Part shown: one piece after another, positions 27,463-41,004 of the stretch
Layout: each line of letters starts with the position of its first letter
Numbering within the stretch: position 1 is the stretch's first letter
Assembly: GCA_973895155.1 (NCBI GenBank)
Contig: OZ316898.1
Coordinates: 10,320,286 to 10,384,285 of the forward strand
DNA: 64,000 nucleotides
Reading direction: 5' to 3'
From: Marsupella aquatica
Taxonomy: Eukaryota > Plantae > Marchantiophyta
Position numbers and translations under genes: made by a program
The notes under the pieces: model-generated
Seen by the model: only the letters and a program-made list of their open reading frames with translations
Told to the model about the DNA's origin: nothing
Databases searched by the model: none

Positions 27463-29138
27463 CTAGTGACACCCTATTTGCACTTACAAAAAATGATAGT
27501 ACTACCACACTTGTCCCTAACTGCATGTGCCTACTTATCCATTGTTTGCGTTGAGGTATTTGTCGTCTAGTGAGACACCTCTTGCACTTACAAAATCGGC
27601 AAGACAAAGTGCAAATACAGGTGAAAAGAGAGAAAACTTATGGGCTCGCCTTGCTGCAAGCATGTTTTGCAGTTATGCACATTGCACTTATCCACCGTCG
27701 ACTGTACAAAGGAGTAAAGTACAGTAGAAAGGTTTGAATTGCTTGCAAAGCGGGAACGATATTAAACCTGGATCCAAACGAGAATTGACAGAGCGAAATC
27801 ATTTCATCGACCAAAGGATGGAAGTTGCGATGGCGGTGATCTGGATTTGCAGATCACTGTAGTTTTAGATCGCTTTCCAGAAGCTTGACAACCCGCAAAG
27901 CATTCGGGAAAGACATGTTTCAATCACATAAATTTCAAAATTCGTGAATGTCCGCTCCAATTGTCGACTAAAACAAGTTTTCGAGGTTCCAGAGAGAAAG
28001 AAATCATACTGTTCGAGATGGAGTAACAAGAAACTAGACCCTGCTCAGCTGTCTACAGTAAGTTGCTGCTTTTGTAGCTCTGAAATGTGTTTCATTGACT
28101 CTTGAAGCAGAAATTCCAAAATTCATGAATGCTCCAATCGTGAAATAAAATGAGCTCTCGAGGTTCCAGGGACACGATTTCTGGATACAGAGTGGTAGGT
28201 ATCGAAGGGCGACCAAATATCGACTCGTTTGTGACGCAAAGAGCCCCGAAAGCATTCTCATGCTTTCGAAATTGCTTCGGAGGCCTGACTCCGCTTTTCG
28301 TGTGGTGGATTGAAAGCGTCTCACAATGACTAATTTTTGAAGCTTCTTTAAAAGCATGCGAATAGTCCCTTTTTCGCTGGAGATGGATTTTTAAAACTTG
28401 GGACCCATGGAGTGAAATCCTTTCACAAGCAGCTCCAGTTCGTCTTCAGAAGTCAGGCGTAATGCAAACTTGGCACAGCCGAATTGACGGATTTCCATCG
28501 GGAGCTGTGCTGAACTCTGGAATCACATTCCTAAAGCGAGAATTGGCATGAAAATCGTACGCTGGCGTATAACGAGCTGGATTGATATGCCCTGGACGTA
28601 GCAAAGCTTCGAAGGGAGCAATCACAAAATGTGGTTCAAAACTTTATCTGAAACTGCCCGCTCTAACCAATCTATTGGAGATTTACTTACTGTGGTTTTG
28701 TATAACAAGAGTTTCTGTCTCAATTAACATGGTCTGAGAGTCTTGAACATCATTGTTCGAAGGAATTTGAGAAGGGGCCAGGGATCCCTTCTGGCGATCT
28801 GGATTTTTACATGAAGTCAAGCCAAATCCCGGTGATCGTTCCGGATGAATGCTTTAGACATCTTTCGAATGCAAAGTCAGCGATGCTTGAATTGCGACAA
28901 ATCAGCGTACGTTAGCTGCTTCTGCTCCCGGTATGTTGACGAGCGAAGTTTCGGAACAATGCTTCTGAGAAACTGGTTACAAATGTGACCATTTCTTTTG
29001 TAGTGATCTTGAAATTATGCTCAAGGCTTGGTTCTGTTTGGCCATTCGAATTCGCAAACCGAAATTTTAATTTGAAGGATTTTACTGGAATAATGTCCGC
29101 TGGCCTTCTTTGAGAAGCAGCAGCGGCAACCGCAGCCG

Positions 29139-32100
29139 ATGGAGGAGACGCAGTCATGGACGACTATGACGGAGGAGAAGCAGCGGGAGCTTCTATTGCT
29201 AGCAAATTCTGCAAGAATGCAGGTACGCCTTCATCCGTTCCGCCTGAGCTCCTGCGTTGTTTAGAATCGATTGGACAGGAATGATCTAAGACAATCGTCT
29301 CATCCGGTACTCAACAGAGCTGGAGAATTGATCTCGTATGCTGGGTGCCAACAGGTGCAGAAAAGTGTAAGAGACCTGACGAGCGAGATTCGGCACTTAC
29401 GCCAAGCTTTGGATACCTCACAGGTAGATGTTCTGGCAGGGATGGCTGGGCCCATTGGGAGGGGATAGGTTGTCGTGGCCCAAAAGAGACACGGAATCCC
29501 ATTCCACTCTATGGAAAGATTAGACTGTGGGTCCACTCTCCTTTCCCTGGCAAGATAAGAGTCTATTTGGACTGAGTTTTATCTCTAGGGTCTGTTAGAT
29601 TCTACCAAAGGCACGATGTACCAGCATCGATGGCAAGATACTCCCCGTCTCTGCCAATTCCGCGGTTAACGGGGCCGTGGTACATGGCTGCTGGTTCAAT
29701 CCTTTCTCGCAGTAGAAGTTGTTTGTTGAATGACCAATTTTGCTGGTAGACAGTCCCTTTTGTCCATCTAGATTTTCTTGCATTAGAGAATCACCCAAAG
29801 CCGAGCCTACTATACAACATTATGTAAGTCACAAACTAATTTCACCGAAAGAATCTGTGGCTAGAATAGCGAGACAATCAACTAGTAGTGAGAAAACGAT
29901 TGAAATGCTTCGACGTCTAGGAAAACCGGAGAAAATATAACGAACCTTGGGCATAAGTTGGGGCTGCACTGGTTCTCGACGACATGGTTCTGATCATGCT
30001 TGGCTAAACTAAGAGCGAGTCGAGCTGCGCAGAGATCTCTGCAAGAATTGTGATATGGTTCTGTGAAGAAGACGGGCTAACTATGAAGACTGATCTCGAA
30101 AGCAGAGGAATGGCGAGGATTTGGACAGCCTGGAGAATATTGTTTCCCAAGATTCAATTATTCCTACTCAAGCGACAAGAGCAGGCTCACCTGGACCTCA
30201 TCGACAGTGTTTGGCCCCAGAAGCTTTGCAAAGCAATTCAGCATCCAACGCCCAAGAACCGAAAGAGATCCCAGCATTGTCGGGTTGTGTCGCTCAATCT
30301 GGCAAATTCAAAACAGTGTGTACTGTTGGACATTCCTTGAACCGTTCTCCTGCGAACGAGCCATGTACGGTGCACAGGGACAAAGCTGGCCGCCCACCCA
30401 CAGCTTCCCAACAGCCCATCAAGACGACGCTGATCAGCAACGGGCGATCAAAGCTAGTCAGCAATCGCTTGAGAACGAGGGAATCTGTTGCAAGGAAGTG
30501 CGAGGCGTGTCGTCGACAAGTGTTGGAGCCGGAAAGTGTGGGTGAAACAGGACAACAGCACTCGTCCGACCACCGACAATCCCATAGTTACACAGAAGAC
30601 CAGCCCCGGCGGAAAAGGTTGGTGGTGTGTGCAGGGCTCGTTGGCTGCTCCCCAAGAGGTTGGTGAAAACGCACTTTCTAGTTTATTTCCTTAGTTGTCG
30701 AATGCTTTCCAACCCGTCCAACAATTCAACGCAAGGTTAAAGTAATGTCGACCTTACGTCACAAACTTTTTGTCTGGTCTATTGGACATGGGTATCCTGT
30801 TCAACAGTTCATAAGAATTACAAGTAGGACTTTCTTCCAGACCATTATGGAATTTCAATTTTTTAGATCAGTACTAGAAAACTTGTCTAGAGTCCTGTAG
30901 GCATGATTGAGGGATGCTCCTGAAGAATATCAGCAGGACTTGCATGAAGGTACGTTACGAGTAAAGCCGAGCCCAACTGGTTACACTTGGACAGGTGAGA
31001 CGGGAAGTGGATTTCCATGTTGCCTCCAAACCTACAGACAAAGTTTGTATGCTTTGGATGTGTCTAAAGGTTTGTGCATGTCAAGGAATGAGCTTGGCTA
31101 GTCCCATCAGATAGCAAGGAACGACTTACAAGAATATTATCCCTACCCTCTCTCGTGTGTATCTTGCATGCTTTCTGAAAAGGTCAGATTCCAGATTACA
31201 ATTATTTTTTCAAGAATTCACCTGGGATTGGCCTCTTATGGCAACCTCCTCTCGTGCCTCTCAATTTATGTTCAGATGGACCACCCTATGGAGTGGCCTT
31301 GCAGACATCTCAGTGTTTTTAGCAACCCGATTGGTTCTGTTGCATTCTATGGTAAACATCGGGCTGATCAATCATCTCGAGTAACCCTTTTGTGACACGA
31401 TGGGGAATGATCCCATTACAGTAACCGAAGAGAAAGTGTCAGACTTTTTCTTTAGATCTGCAAAGCCTCGACGTGGTCGGGGGCCAAGTTTATTAGAGTG
31501 CCATGGTTCATTGTTAGCCTACAATAGCGAACTGTAAGTTCTCTCTGCTGGACCTAGCGAGAACTGACTAGAACGTGGACATCACCTCACGATTCAGGCG
31601 CTCTAATAAAGAGACAAAGTAGTTGATAGAGATCTCATCTTATCAGATCTTTTCTCCTGTCTGACGTTTTTTCCAGAGACATCATCTCCAACAGCAGAGG
31701 GGGTTTCATTCTCAAACCGTACGCTGCCAAGGTACGCACAAACAACAAATTCAGGCTAATAATCTCAATTTCCTCCACTAAGCCAAAGTAAAACGGCAAG
31801 CAGCACAATACGATAGTTCTATTTGACCGAGTATGCAATTCTACCTACCTATCATTAGTTAACATTTCTTTAAACAATCGAGGAGTATCTACATTGAAGT
31901 GGCTGCTGTCTCCATAATACTTTTACTGTTAAGAGTGTTTGCGCTACTTCTCTAAACAATTTAGGGGTGGCTGTATTTGATACCACTTTGTCCATCATAC
32001 TTTTGGTGTCAAGAGCCAATGATCGCGCTACTGTATTTCAGAAAATTTAGAGGTAGCTCTATTGACAAGGCTGTGTACATCATATACTTGAGTGAATGTT

Positions 32101-34326
32101 CGGCACCACTGTTTTTTACACAATTTAGAAGTATCTCTATTGACAAAGCCGTCTCCATCACACTTCAGCTGTGAAAGAGTGAATGGTCTGCACTACTTGT
32201 TAGGATTATTGAATATGACCAGAAAAGGCATTGGACTGCTTACCTTATATCCGCGAGGAGATAAACCGAAGGTTGCATGGTCTGAGTAAGGCAGGCAGCA
32301 AAATGGACCGTTGCATGGGAAAGACAGCACCGGACCCTGGGCTCATCTAAGCCGGAAGCAAAATCAAGGGTTGCATGAGAACACAAATTGGGAGGTACTG
32401 CGGTCTCGCTGTTGTAAACTTGGCTACTCATCCCTTCATCATAATAGTCCATTTCAGTTTTGAGGACTCAGCCATTCCACCTGAAATGCTTTCACAACTG
32501 ATTTTTAAGATGTGGATGGCGAGTATTCGATCTGTGTGGGCACTGAGCAGGACATGAAAAGACAGTACAAGCCTTTTGAAATCCTATTCTTGGGTGATGG
32601 TCAGACATACCCTAACCAAAATCAGCACGGTAGGCAAAAAGCATTGGGAGGAATCTTGCCCAGAAATGCAGAGCATTCAAACACGGAAAAACGATCCACG
32701 GACCTTCACAGACACATGGAAAAGAAATTTGCTGAAGCTGTTCAAAATTATTTCGTGAAGTTGATGACTTATGTGAGTTCATCGAATCTTCACAATTAAA
32801 TACTATGACAATGTTTTCCTATCAATTTTTAATTGCTATACCATTACTGATACGCTAGACATTCCCAATCAGGGTTTGCAGACTGGTAATGGATTACTAT
32901 TGCCAGAAGTGCTATATCGACAGCGAGGGGAGGACAGACCAAATAGAGGCCACTCGCATGGCATGATGGCGGCAGGATGAGGACAAAGTCAAAATTGTTC
33001 ACTCTCAAGGAACAGAGTCTCCATGCTTGATCTACACTAAAATGGACGAATAGCAGATTTCTTGTCCATCAGTGCATTCACATTTCATTCGTAACACTGG
33101 CTTGTCTGATATTCAATCTGGCAGGAGGAGAAAGTAAAGCGGCGATGGTTTTCTCCAACGGGAGAATTGCAATCACTGGAACGAAGACAGTTCACTCCTG
33201 AAGTTCACGATATTCAACAGGAATGGTTCTCTCCTGATCAATTACACCATTTGAAAGAGCAAAAACACGCCCATACACCAAAAGTCCGCATCTCTAAAGT
33301 GCAGCACGACTCCTCGATTCCTACAAGCTTCCCGTGCTTTCAACAGGGCCAGTTCAATTCTGCTGAAACGGGGAAGTGTCTGAGAAAGCAAGAGAAATGC
33401 AATGAAAACGGCAGCCACCACACAAAGATCCCGACTTGCAGTCCTCGCCCAGACAAGAAATTGGACATGCTGACAATCACGCAAGTAGATATTCCGGACC
33501 TGAGACATTCCAAGGTTGAAGCGGTGGAACACTCGCGTGAGGAAAATTTGTCTGCTCACCGTCCGTCTCAGACTGCCTTAGTTGCGGTTGATCAAAGTAA
33601 GTAGGACGATCCTGGCTGTGTGCAATTTAGTTCCGATGGTTGGCTCAATCCAATGACTTGTGTTCTGCGACAGGGTTAGTGAATATTAACTCATCTGCGG
33701 AGCTGTTCTCCTCAGACCTCTCTTCTTATCTCGCCTTCAACCTCCTGTTCCACTCTCCAATCTCACAGTGGTCTTCGCCAACGCGTCCGATTCAGCTGTA
33801 GTGCGCACACCTTAGAACTCATGAAGGAAAGTTATGTTTTGGATGTCGCAGAGGTATGTGTTTTGGATTAGTATGGGATTATCGAGGTTCAATGCATTTC
33901 ATATCTTCTTGACCTGCCTGAACCAATTCTGGGTAGGGGACTGATTACTGTGTTGTTGTGCAGAATATTACAACAAGACAACAGTAACCTTACGGTAAGG
34001 ACTCACGTTGTCAGAAACGACCCATGGATCAGTGCATATAAACGTCTGAACTCAGGGTCCTGGGTCTCGGTGGTCTTGCGGTATACAAGCTAACAGAGAT
34101 TAATGATTCACGACTTTAATTGGCAGGCTGACATTTTGGTTGCAGTAAAGATGGTACCGGAGTTGCTACTAGTCGGTTGCACTAAACAATCTGTTTCCCA
34201 ACTTGCAGAATTGCGGAGAGTTTGCTGGATGAAGTCCTCACACAACTAGCTGAAGAGTTGAGAACATGGTGTGGGAAAGTGGTAGATCATTTGATTGATG
34301 GAGAACTTGGCACCAATACCCTGTGA
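29139..34326 (+). CDS. Poorly conserved multi-exon protein: coiled-coil N-terminus, low-complexity middle, Moonraker/KIAA0753-like C-terminal helix; internal exon structure unresolved
   Basis: Exons 29139-29222 and 29355-29423 give MEETQSWTTMTEEKQRELLLLANSARMQ|VQKSVRDLTSEIRHLRQALDTSQ; long open exon-like stretches ~30106-30658 and ~33125-33597 end at GT donors; final exon 34209-34326 IAESLLDEVLTQLAEELRTWCGKVVDHLIDGELGTNTL*. Confidence 0.55.
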
Positions 34327-34941
34327 TACATGATCTGCTACTAGTCAGCGGAATTTTTCATGCATTCTGGTCTCATTACCTCTGCCGTTGGTCTCATTGA
34401 TTGCCCAAGTATTCAAACGTTTGTGTTACCCAAAAGACCAAAATCACGTTTTTATGTACATGTCAATGCACCTGTTTTATTGGAACGAGGCATTCATCCA
34501 ATTGACAAGCATTTCTCATTTCACAGACAGTTCTCTATCAAAACTGGCGTTACGGCATAAATGCAGTCCACTGAAAGCGCAGAACAACTTTTTGTTCATT
34601 TCTATGCTACTTTGACGCTAGAAGTAATATTTGAGTGAGTTTGACGTTAACTTTTGCCATGCCGAGAAATAAATCGTTTGATCTTACAAAAATTTAAGTT
34701 CTTGATGAACATCTTTAATCCCTTAACGACACGCACAAAGAACCATTTGCCTTGAAAAAGAAGATCTACCTAAACGTTCAGCCTCTCAAGACTTGAAACT
34801 TGGTGAGCAGCCAACTTTTGATGTATAGAACGCATTCCTAAAGGAAATCGTACCGTATTCACTAGTGTGCAATTTCGGGGTTTTTGTTTAACCCAAAGAA
34901 TCGAGCCACTCGTTGTTTTAAGAATTGAACAGCTACACACA

Positions 34942-37900
34942 TCACTCGTGTCTTGCCAAAAGCCGTGCGGTGGCTTCCCATGTACAGATGGCGGCAGCAT
35001 TTGCAGGGAAAGCCCTTACCAAAGTCGGGCCCAAACCTGCATAGAGCCCACGAACTCCCAACTCTCTATAGATCTGGAAAACACAGAGAGGAGGGTCAAG
35101 AATCCAATTATCAATGAGTATTAGGCGTTAGACAAGATGGCCAGAGAAATAGCCCGAGTATTGCAGACAACTGGTCCTATGGTTTCAAAACTTACAATAA
35201 TAGACAAATATTTGTGTGTCGAAATCACAATACACTATTGGTATAATATATTGTTGTGTGACACTGAATGCTTCAATTGAATAGAGGCAGAAATAGGACG
35301 TGAGCCTAAAAAGCCTTTGTAATGACACAATTTAGAACAATCAGAATTGAAAGACAGAAACCTTACCATTCTCATATGTACGAGTGGATTCCTACTTGTA
35401 CTAAGATCCCGTACAATTTGTATTCGGGTTTTAGCAACATCGATCGGCAAAACAACTGACCAGAACTGCAATTTCAACACTACAGGAATCAGGCAAGCTC
35501 TGTTAGTCACCGATATACAGTTGCAGCCAAAAGATGTCTCAGAAATGACCGTTGGTTTGAAAACCCCACACAGACAAGGACGAACGTCAGGAACTATTAG
35601 GATTCAGTCTAAATAAATTTGGAGTCCATTGTTAAATTCCAGATGCTTCATCTATTCAAAATAGTTGATAAAAGAATCCCAAAGTGTGGGTCAACTCACT
35701 GCTATCCCAGAAAGTCCGCCGCTAATAACTCCGATCCCCGTTTCCACTAAGAAATCTGCCATTGATGATTGTGGAAGGTTTCCCGCAGCTTGAGATTGAG
35801 AGTCGAGTTTGATGGCAGAAGCAGAACCTCTCATTGGGTCTAAGCCAGCATATGTCAGCATGCGGTGTCTAGTACTTTCGTATGTCACAAAAAAGCAGAC
35901 ATTACCAATTGCTTCTCTCAGGCATGTTGCTATTAATCCACGAAACAGGCCCTGTACCTGAAATGACAGAATAAAGTCTGCTCTCACATCTATCCAACTC
36001 ATGCAATTGAAGAATCAACGAACGAGCAGCTAACCCTTGCTACATGCACACACCGTTGAACTTCGTCTCCGTTCGAAAATCATTGACGAAAAATTCAAGA
36101 GCAGGCAAATGATCCTTACTCCTTCCGTTTTGATTGTTTTACGAATGCAATCCAAGGGCCCATTATACTTCGGTGCGCCTGCAGCAATCCCCTTTGCATC
36201 CACTTGAAGACGGCACTGAGACAAAACAGATCAAAGCCTGCATAAGAAGAGAACTGAAACTGATATTACCAAATAGCAAGATTAACAGCAAGGAAACTGG
36301 CACTTCATTGTACTTATTTTCCGAAATATGAAAAAGGTACAGCGATGTAAAAGCTTTGAGTAGATAGGTTGCTTGCCTTCACTAGCTCTGACGGACAAAG
36401 GATTGTACCGACACTGGCTCCAGCTAAAGCCGCAGCAGGCACAACAGCTGAAAGCAGTGGTGAATTGACGTCTCCAGCCTTTTCAATTCAATCAACCCCC
36501 ATCATGCATGCCAACGATATTCCCGCATCAGACCTGCGCACCTGACCTCCTAAGATTTCCAATCAAATTCAACCCTTACAACATCAAGCCAGGATTTAAC
36601 AGGGAATCAACACAGACTATATATGAAAAATTGCCCTATCTTGATATCCAACTGAAATAAGTCTACTTCTTGATATCAAGGACACCTTCAAAAGGGAAGT
36701 CAATTTGTGCACGACAGAACTATGTTCAGATAAGGAAGAGAATACACGCCACTAGGAATGACGGAAGTCAGCCAGGTGATGATTTTACGGGTAGTATAGA
36801 ATACCCCACCTCCAAAAAGGTCTTTAGTTGCGAGTATGACCCAAACAGAAGTGAACTCTCCACCGAAACACCAATAAAGGAGGGTGTGGCTCCTCTGTAT
36901 AAACCTTTGATCTGTTTCAATCACACTAGGGTTCCTTAGTCGAAACCGGCTCAGAATTATGTTTTTTGGATCTATTTTCTGAGCTTGAGGCAAATGATTC
37001 GTGAAATTTATGCCGTAGTATGATATGTATTTAAGGTTAAAATGAATCTGGAATACATGCTAAGAAAAAAAGCCAAGCAAGACTCTGACCCACGCTAAAG
37101 GCAACCTTGCATGGCTTGAAATGACTGAACTTAACAAGATCAAATGATCTTCTGTTTGAAAATGTCTTGCCAGACTGCATGTAATTGAATTTTAGCAGGA
37201 GCGTAATAGGTTCTACCAGCGAATGTTGCCAATTCAAGGACTAGCAATTCCCTTTCCATGAGCAGAAAGTAGCGAATTCCATAGGTGTCTCTATATTTTA
37301 GTGACATGAAGTGGACATAGTCTATCCTCAACAGCCTTCCTGACATCATGTCTGGTGACAATATGACATATTTCAAATGTACTTGAGTCTGTGCAAGTCC
37401 ATTCGCGTGCGAGCGTGACCACTGTAAGAAAGCGTCTGGTAGATGACACAAATTATCGCACTGAATTACCTACCCCTTCGCTCTTCAGAAGTTGTGTACA
37501 GCAGTGAAATGCACTCCGATACTGCGGACCATGAGTAGTTCGATGCTGTGTTTGCAGCTTAACCTATCCCGAACAAACAAAATCTTAGTACCTGCAACGC
37601 CCGACCACCTTGGAAGTATAGAGAAGCAGCTCAACGGAGAATCAAAGGTTCAGAAGGTTAAGAATTCACAGGCCAAAATCCGTTGCCAAGTCAAAAGGTG
37701 CCCCATCTGATACAGAGAAGGAGAGGAGAGACAGACAGAGAGAGCATTTTAGCTCGACGACAAGAACTCGGACTCTGGCCAGATCAAAACCCTAAGGCTA
37801 AACCCCTGTCCACCTCCTTTGAAGGATGTCTAACGAATGTTCAGTCCAAGCATGTGCTAATTACTCTTCTGCCACAAGTGGAGCACCAGACAAATCGTGC

Positions 37901-38112
37901 TCAATGCTCACCTCTAGCGTCCAATCCCATGACGTTTTCTATTCACAGCATTCGGGAAATGGAGGCGCGGAGGATAGTGTGGAAGAAGTGAAATGCACCT
38001 TGATGGTATCGAAGGGATGACCAACGAGAACGGTGGCCACTCCAGCTGCAATGCCTGCTGCATAATCACGGGTCGCATTCTCGTTTCCTGACGTGAATCC
38101 GCTGGAGGCCAT
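34942..38112 (-). CDS. BAC1: Mitochondrial basic amino-acid (arginine/ornithine) carrier, 8 exons
   Basis: Exons 38112-37999, 37563-37474, 36911-36810, 36478-36377, 36215-36120, 35957-35700, 35465-35367, 35073-34942. Three carrier signatures PFDTIK, PSELVK, PIDVAK, plus GLYRGATPSF, LREAIGN and GLGPTLVRAFPANAAA as in Arabidopsis mBAC1. Confidence 0.94.
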
Positions 38113-39530
38113 TCTCTGCTCCCTTCCCTGAGCTCCTTCTCGTTTCAGCTGCGCATGCAAGACAGCCAATTCTCCATTTTCGGAAGTGCGCTCTTCATTG
38201 TCTTGGTGTGCTACATAACACTCGATCATGAGAAATAGACGCGAAAACCAATAGAGAATTTGACGACTCCCCCGTTTTGTTCTATTTGTCTGTTTGGTTA
38301 TTATCGCCCATTATCGTCATTTTGGCATTTCTCTCGTAGTCTGGTCAAAATGGGTACTTCCTTGAACGAATATGGGGCAGTTTGGACTTTTTATTCCTTG
38401 AAGAAGCAATTAAAAAGGGGAATAGGCCTAGTCACCTATGTGACTGGCTATTTTATTTTAGATTCTATTTCCAAACTCCGTGAACTGGTGATGAGCCCAA
38501 GATAGGCTTGGGACAAACAGAACCATGAGCCTCTTGGTAGATGTACAGGACTACGCATTTGCATTTTTGCCAACAATAACACACCACTTGAAGATGCATG
38601 ATGCACTGATGCTAGAGTCCCTAAGGTCAACCCCATGATTTGCAGCTGTTGGGTAATAGTACAATAGTACGCATGTTGGGGTATGGGTCTTAGGTTCACA
38701 TTCAAAAGTCACAACTCATGGGAGCATGATGGAGTTGGCAGTTAAAATGCATATTTGGGCTGGATGCTAGGTCCAAATTTTCAGTCCCATTGTTGGCATG
38801 TTAAATATCTTGCACTGCTGTTTTCACTCCTCTCCTCGAGACGTGGAGACTAATTTGGCTCCACACAATAATGTGCGTTTTGGCCATTAAGCTCCACATT
38901 CGTCCATAGCTCATCCAAACAAAGCCAAATGTATATGAATGGCAATGGGAGAGAGCCACTATGCATACAAGCTCTGGAAGAGTTTGTGGTTAGTTTCTAA
39001 TGAAAATATGCCTGGCACAAATTCTCTTCACAAAATGAATCATTACGCGCTCTGACCAGAGAAAACAAGACGGATTTCACATGTCAAAACGAAGTCAAAA
39101 TGAGAAAGTCAAGCCATTGGTACATACAAGTACAATTTAACGGTGCACGATAGCCATATCTGGAATAAACTTCTCTTTAAAATGAGATCTCAGGTATAAA
39201 TATATATTTTCAGCATGGAGTTTCCCTCCAAAGCAAAGAGCCTAGTCGGTCAGCTTGTCTAGAGAAAGAAGTTTGCCTCAGATGTACCACCATATAATAC
39301 CGACGCCAAGAACCCAACTTATTCTCTCATTGCTCTGCTCTTGTGACGTGGTAGCTAATAAACGTGGTAGCTACAAAACAATTACTAGGTGACCACCAAG
39401 TCTCATGTGTCACCTCAGAAATATACTAATTACCGATTTTCGGAAAGAACTTTAAATAACACATGATCCATTCAAGATATTCCAGCAAGTGAAGTACCAG
39501 CAACGCTGTACAAATTAATGTAGATGAAAA

Positions 39531-39748
39531 TCAAACCAATTTCTCTAGAACAGCATTTGTAACCTCCTGTGCGGTACTTCTCCCTCCAATGGCTATTGTA
39601 CTAAACTTCCCCTCAGCAAAAACTGCCATATTGGCCTTCTCTAGCCTATCTGCAAATGAAGGCAACTGAAGATGCCTTCACATCATGGCTGTTAGGATTG
39701 GAGGATTTTTGCTGAACCAGCTTCTCGTTTCCACATTGCCCACTCTCT
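39531..39748 (-). pseudogene. 3' fragment of a mitochondrial NAD-isocitrate dehydrogenase regulatory-subunit gene (frameshifted)
   Basis: GN(V)GNEKLVQQKSSNP..AMM/RHLQLPSFADRLEKANMAVFAEGKFSTIAIGGRSTAQEVTNAVLEKLV* compared with recalled plant IDH1 RHLQFPSFADRLETAVKKVIAEGK..TKDLGG.STTQEVVDAVI. Confidence 0.85.
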
Positions 39749-41004
39749 GCCTGTTGTGATGCTGTAACCTCGCAGTCCTGACTCGCAGAATCTCGCATTG
39801 GTTGTCGACAGGGTACAGCAGATGTATCACATGCTCCGAAGGGACCCCCACCCTGCCCCTTCTGTAACCCTACCTGTGCACAATCTTGATTGGAAGAACA
39901 TGTACGAGGTTTTTGGAAAACAGGAGTTGTCATCTGACCAGTTTCTAACGCTGAAGGCCACTGGCACTGCTGTTGAAACCTTCCGCTTAGACTCCTGCTT
40001 TGAAGTGTCAGCCCATGGTGAGTGCATACCAAATGAAGAAGGGTGAAACGCAGCACCCATTGGTTGGGAATAATTTTGAGGAGCCGTCTCATGTAATTGG
40101 AAGGACCAGATGGATGTGAGCCTGCAGCCAGGTCATTGCACCATCCATGTAGACCTCTTACAGCTGGATTCACAAAGGGCAAAGGTTGGGGCACACCGCA
40201 CAAACTGGGACCAGGGTTGGAGGGAAGCGAAGGACAGAACACGGCAGTTGGCCACTACTGTTGTTGATAAGAATAATACATGTCATGCACTAGACTGGGC
40301 TGCTGCTCAAGCCTAGGAACTCCAAAGGGAGTCACGGAACATAATTCCATTGCATTGGGAGAACAAATGACAGGATATGCACCATTGTATCCCCCATGCC
40401 ATTCACTTGCGAAGTATGAAAAGATCCAGGATACTACTAATACATGTATGCTCCATTAGGAGTAGGCACAGCTCCAAACCTTATTATTAGCACCAGCTTT
40501 GCCATACGGTGGGCCACCCTTGGAAGCAGTCGACGCTCCTTGTGTGGCATTCAACACAGTAGGAACTTGCCCAGCTTTGCTCTGGCCAGTCTCGGCATTA
40601 CCAACAGGGAGTTCATCACACATTCTATCTGAAGTTGACAAGTGGCCACTGCAATCTGGCTGCTTTCTGTGGTATCGTCCTAACTCTCTTGATTGCCCAC
40701 AAAAGCCTTGCCATCCGTAGACTTCTTCTCCACATCCTATGAATGATTTGCTGGAGCTAGCTCTGATGTCCCTGTTGGCTCCTCCCGAGTATTTGTGACG
40801 ATTTCCTCAGTCATTGGTGATGATGCCAAGAGTTGTTGAACCTATACGAAAATCCCAGACAAAATTTCAATAAGAAGTGGTTCCAGCTAGATTGCTTCCG
40901 GAGAGAAATGAACAATTGGAGGCTGAGAAAGTCCCAAGCGCCCCATAAGTACCTTGATAATGCGGTGCAGCTCAAAAAGCTGTGCTATAAATATTTTCTG
41001 CTGC
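39749..41004 (-). pseudogene. ELF3: ELF3 (EARLY FLOWERING 3)-like 3' half with an intact intron but many stops and frameshifts
   Basis: Exon 41004-40953 spliced to 40841 gives QQKIFIAQLFELHRIIK|VQQLLASSP (ELF3 block QQRVFAVQVFELHRLIKVQ); later PTPNGAYMY**YPGS resembles the SPSEGLxYKPYPG block; Pro/Gln-rich tail; several in-frame TAG. Confidence 0.82.

Noticed and set aside
27750-29100. ORFs 28034-28357 and 28912-29157 on the minus strand
   Set aside because: No motifs or spliced continuity; more likely leader/promoter of the + strand gene starting at 29139
38425-38448. AGTCAC-CTAT-GTGACT hairpin plus CTAG as the Helitron 3' end of the chimeric cassette
   Set aside because: The CTAG overlaps the hairpin instead of lying ~10 nt downstream and is not followed by T; the stem is weak
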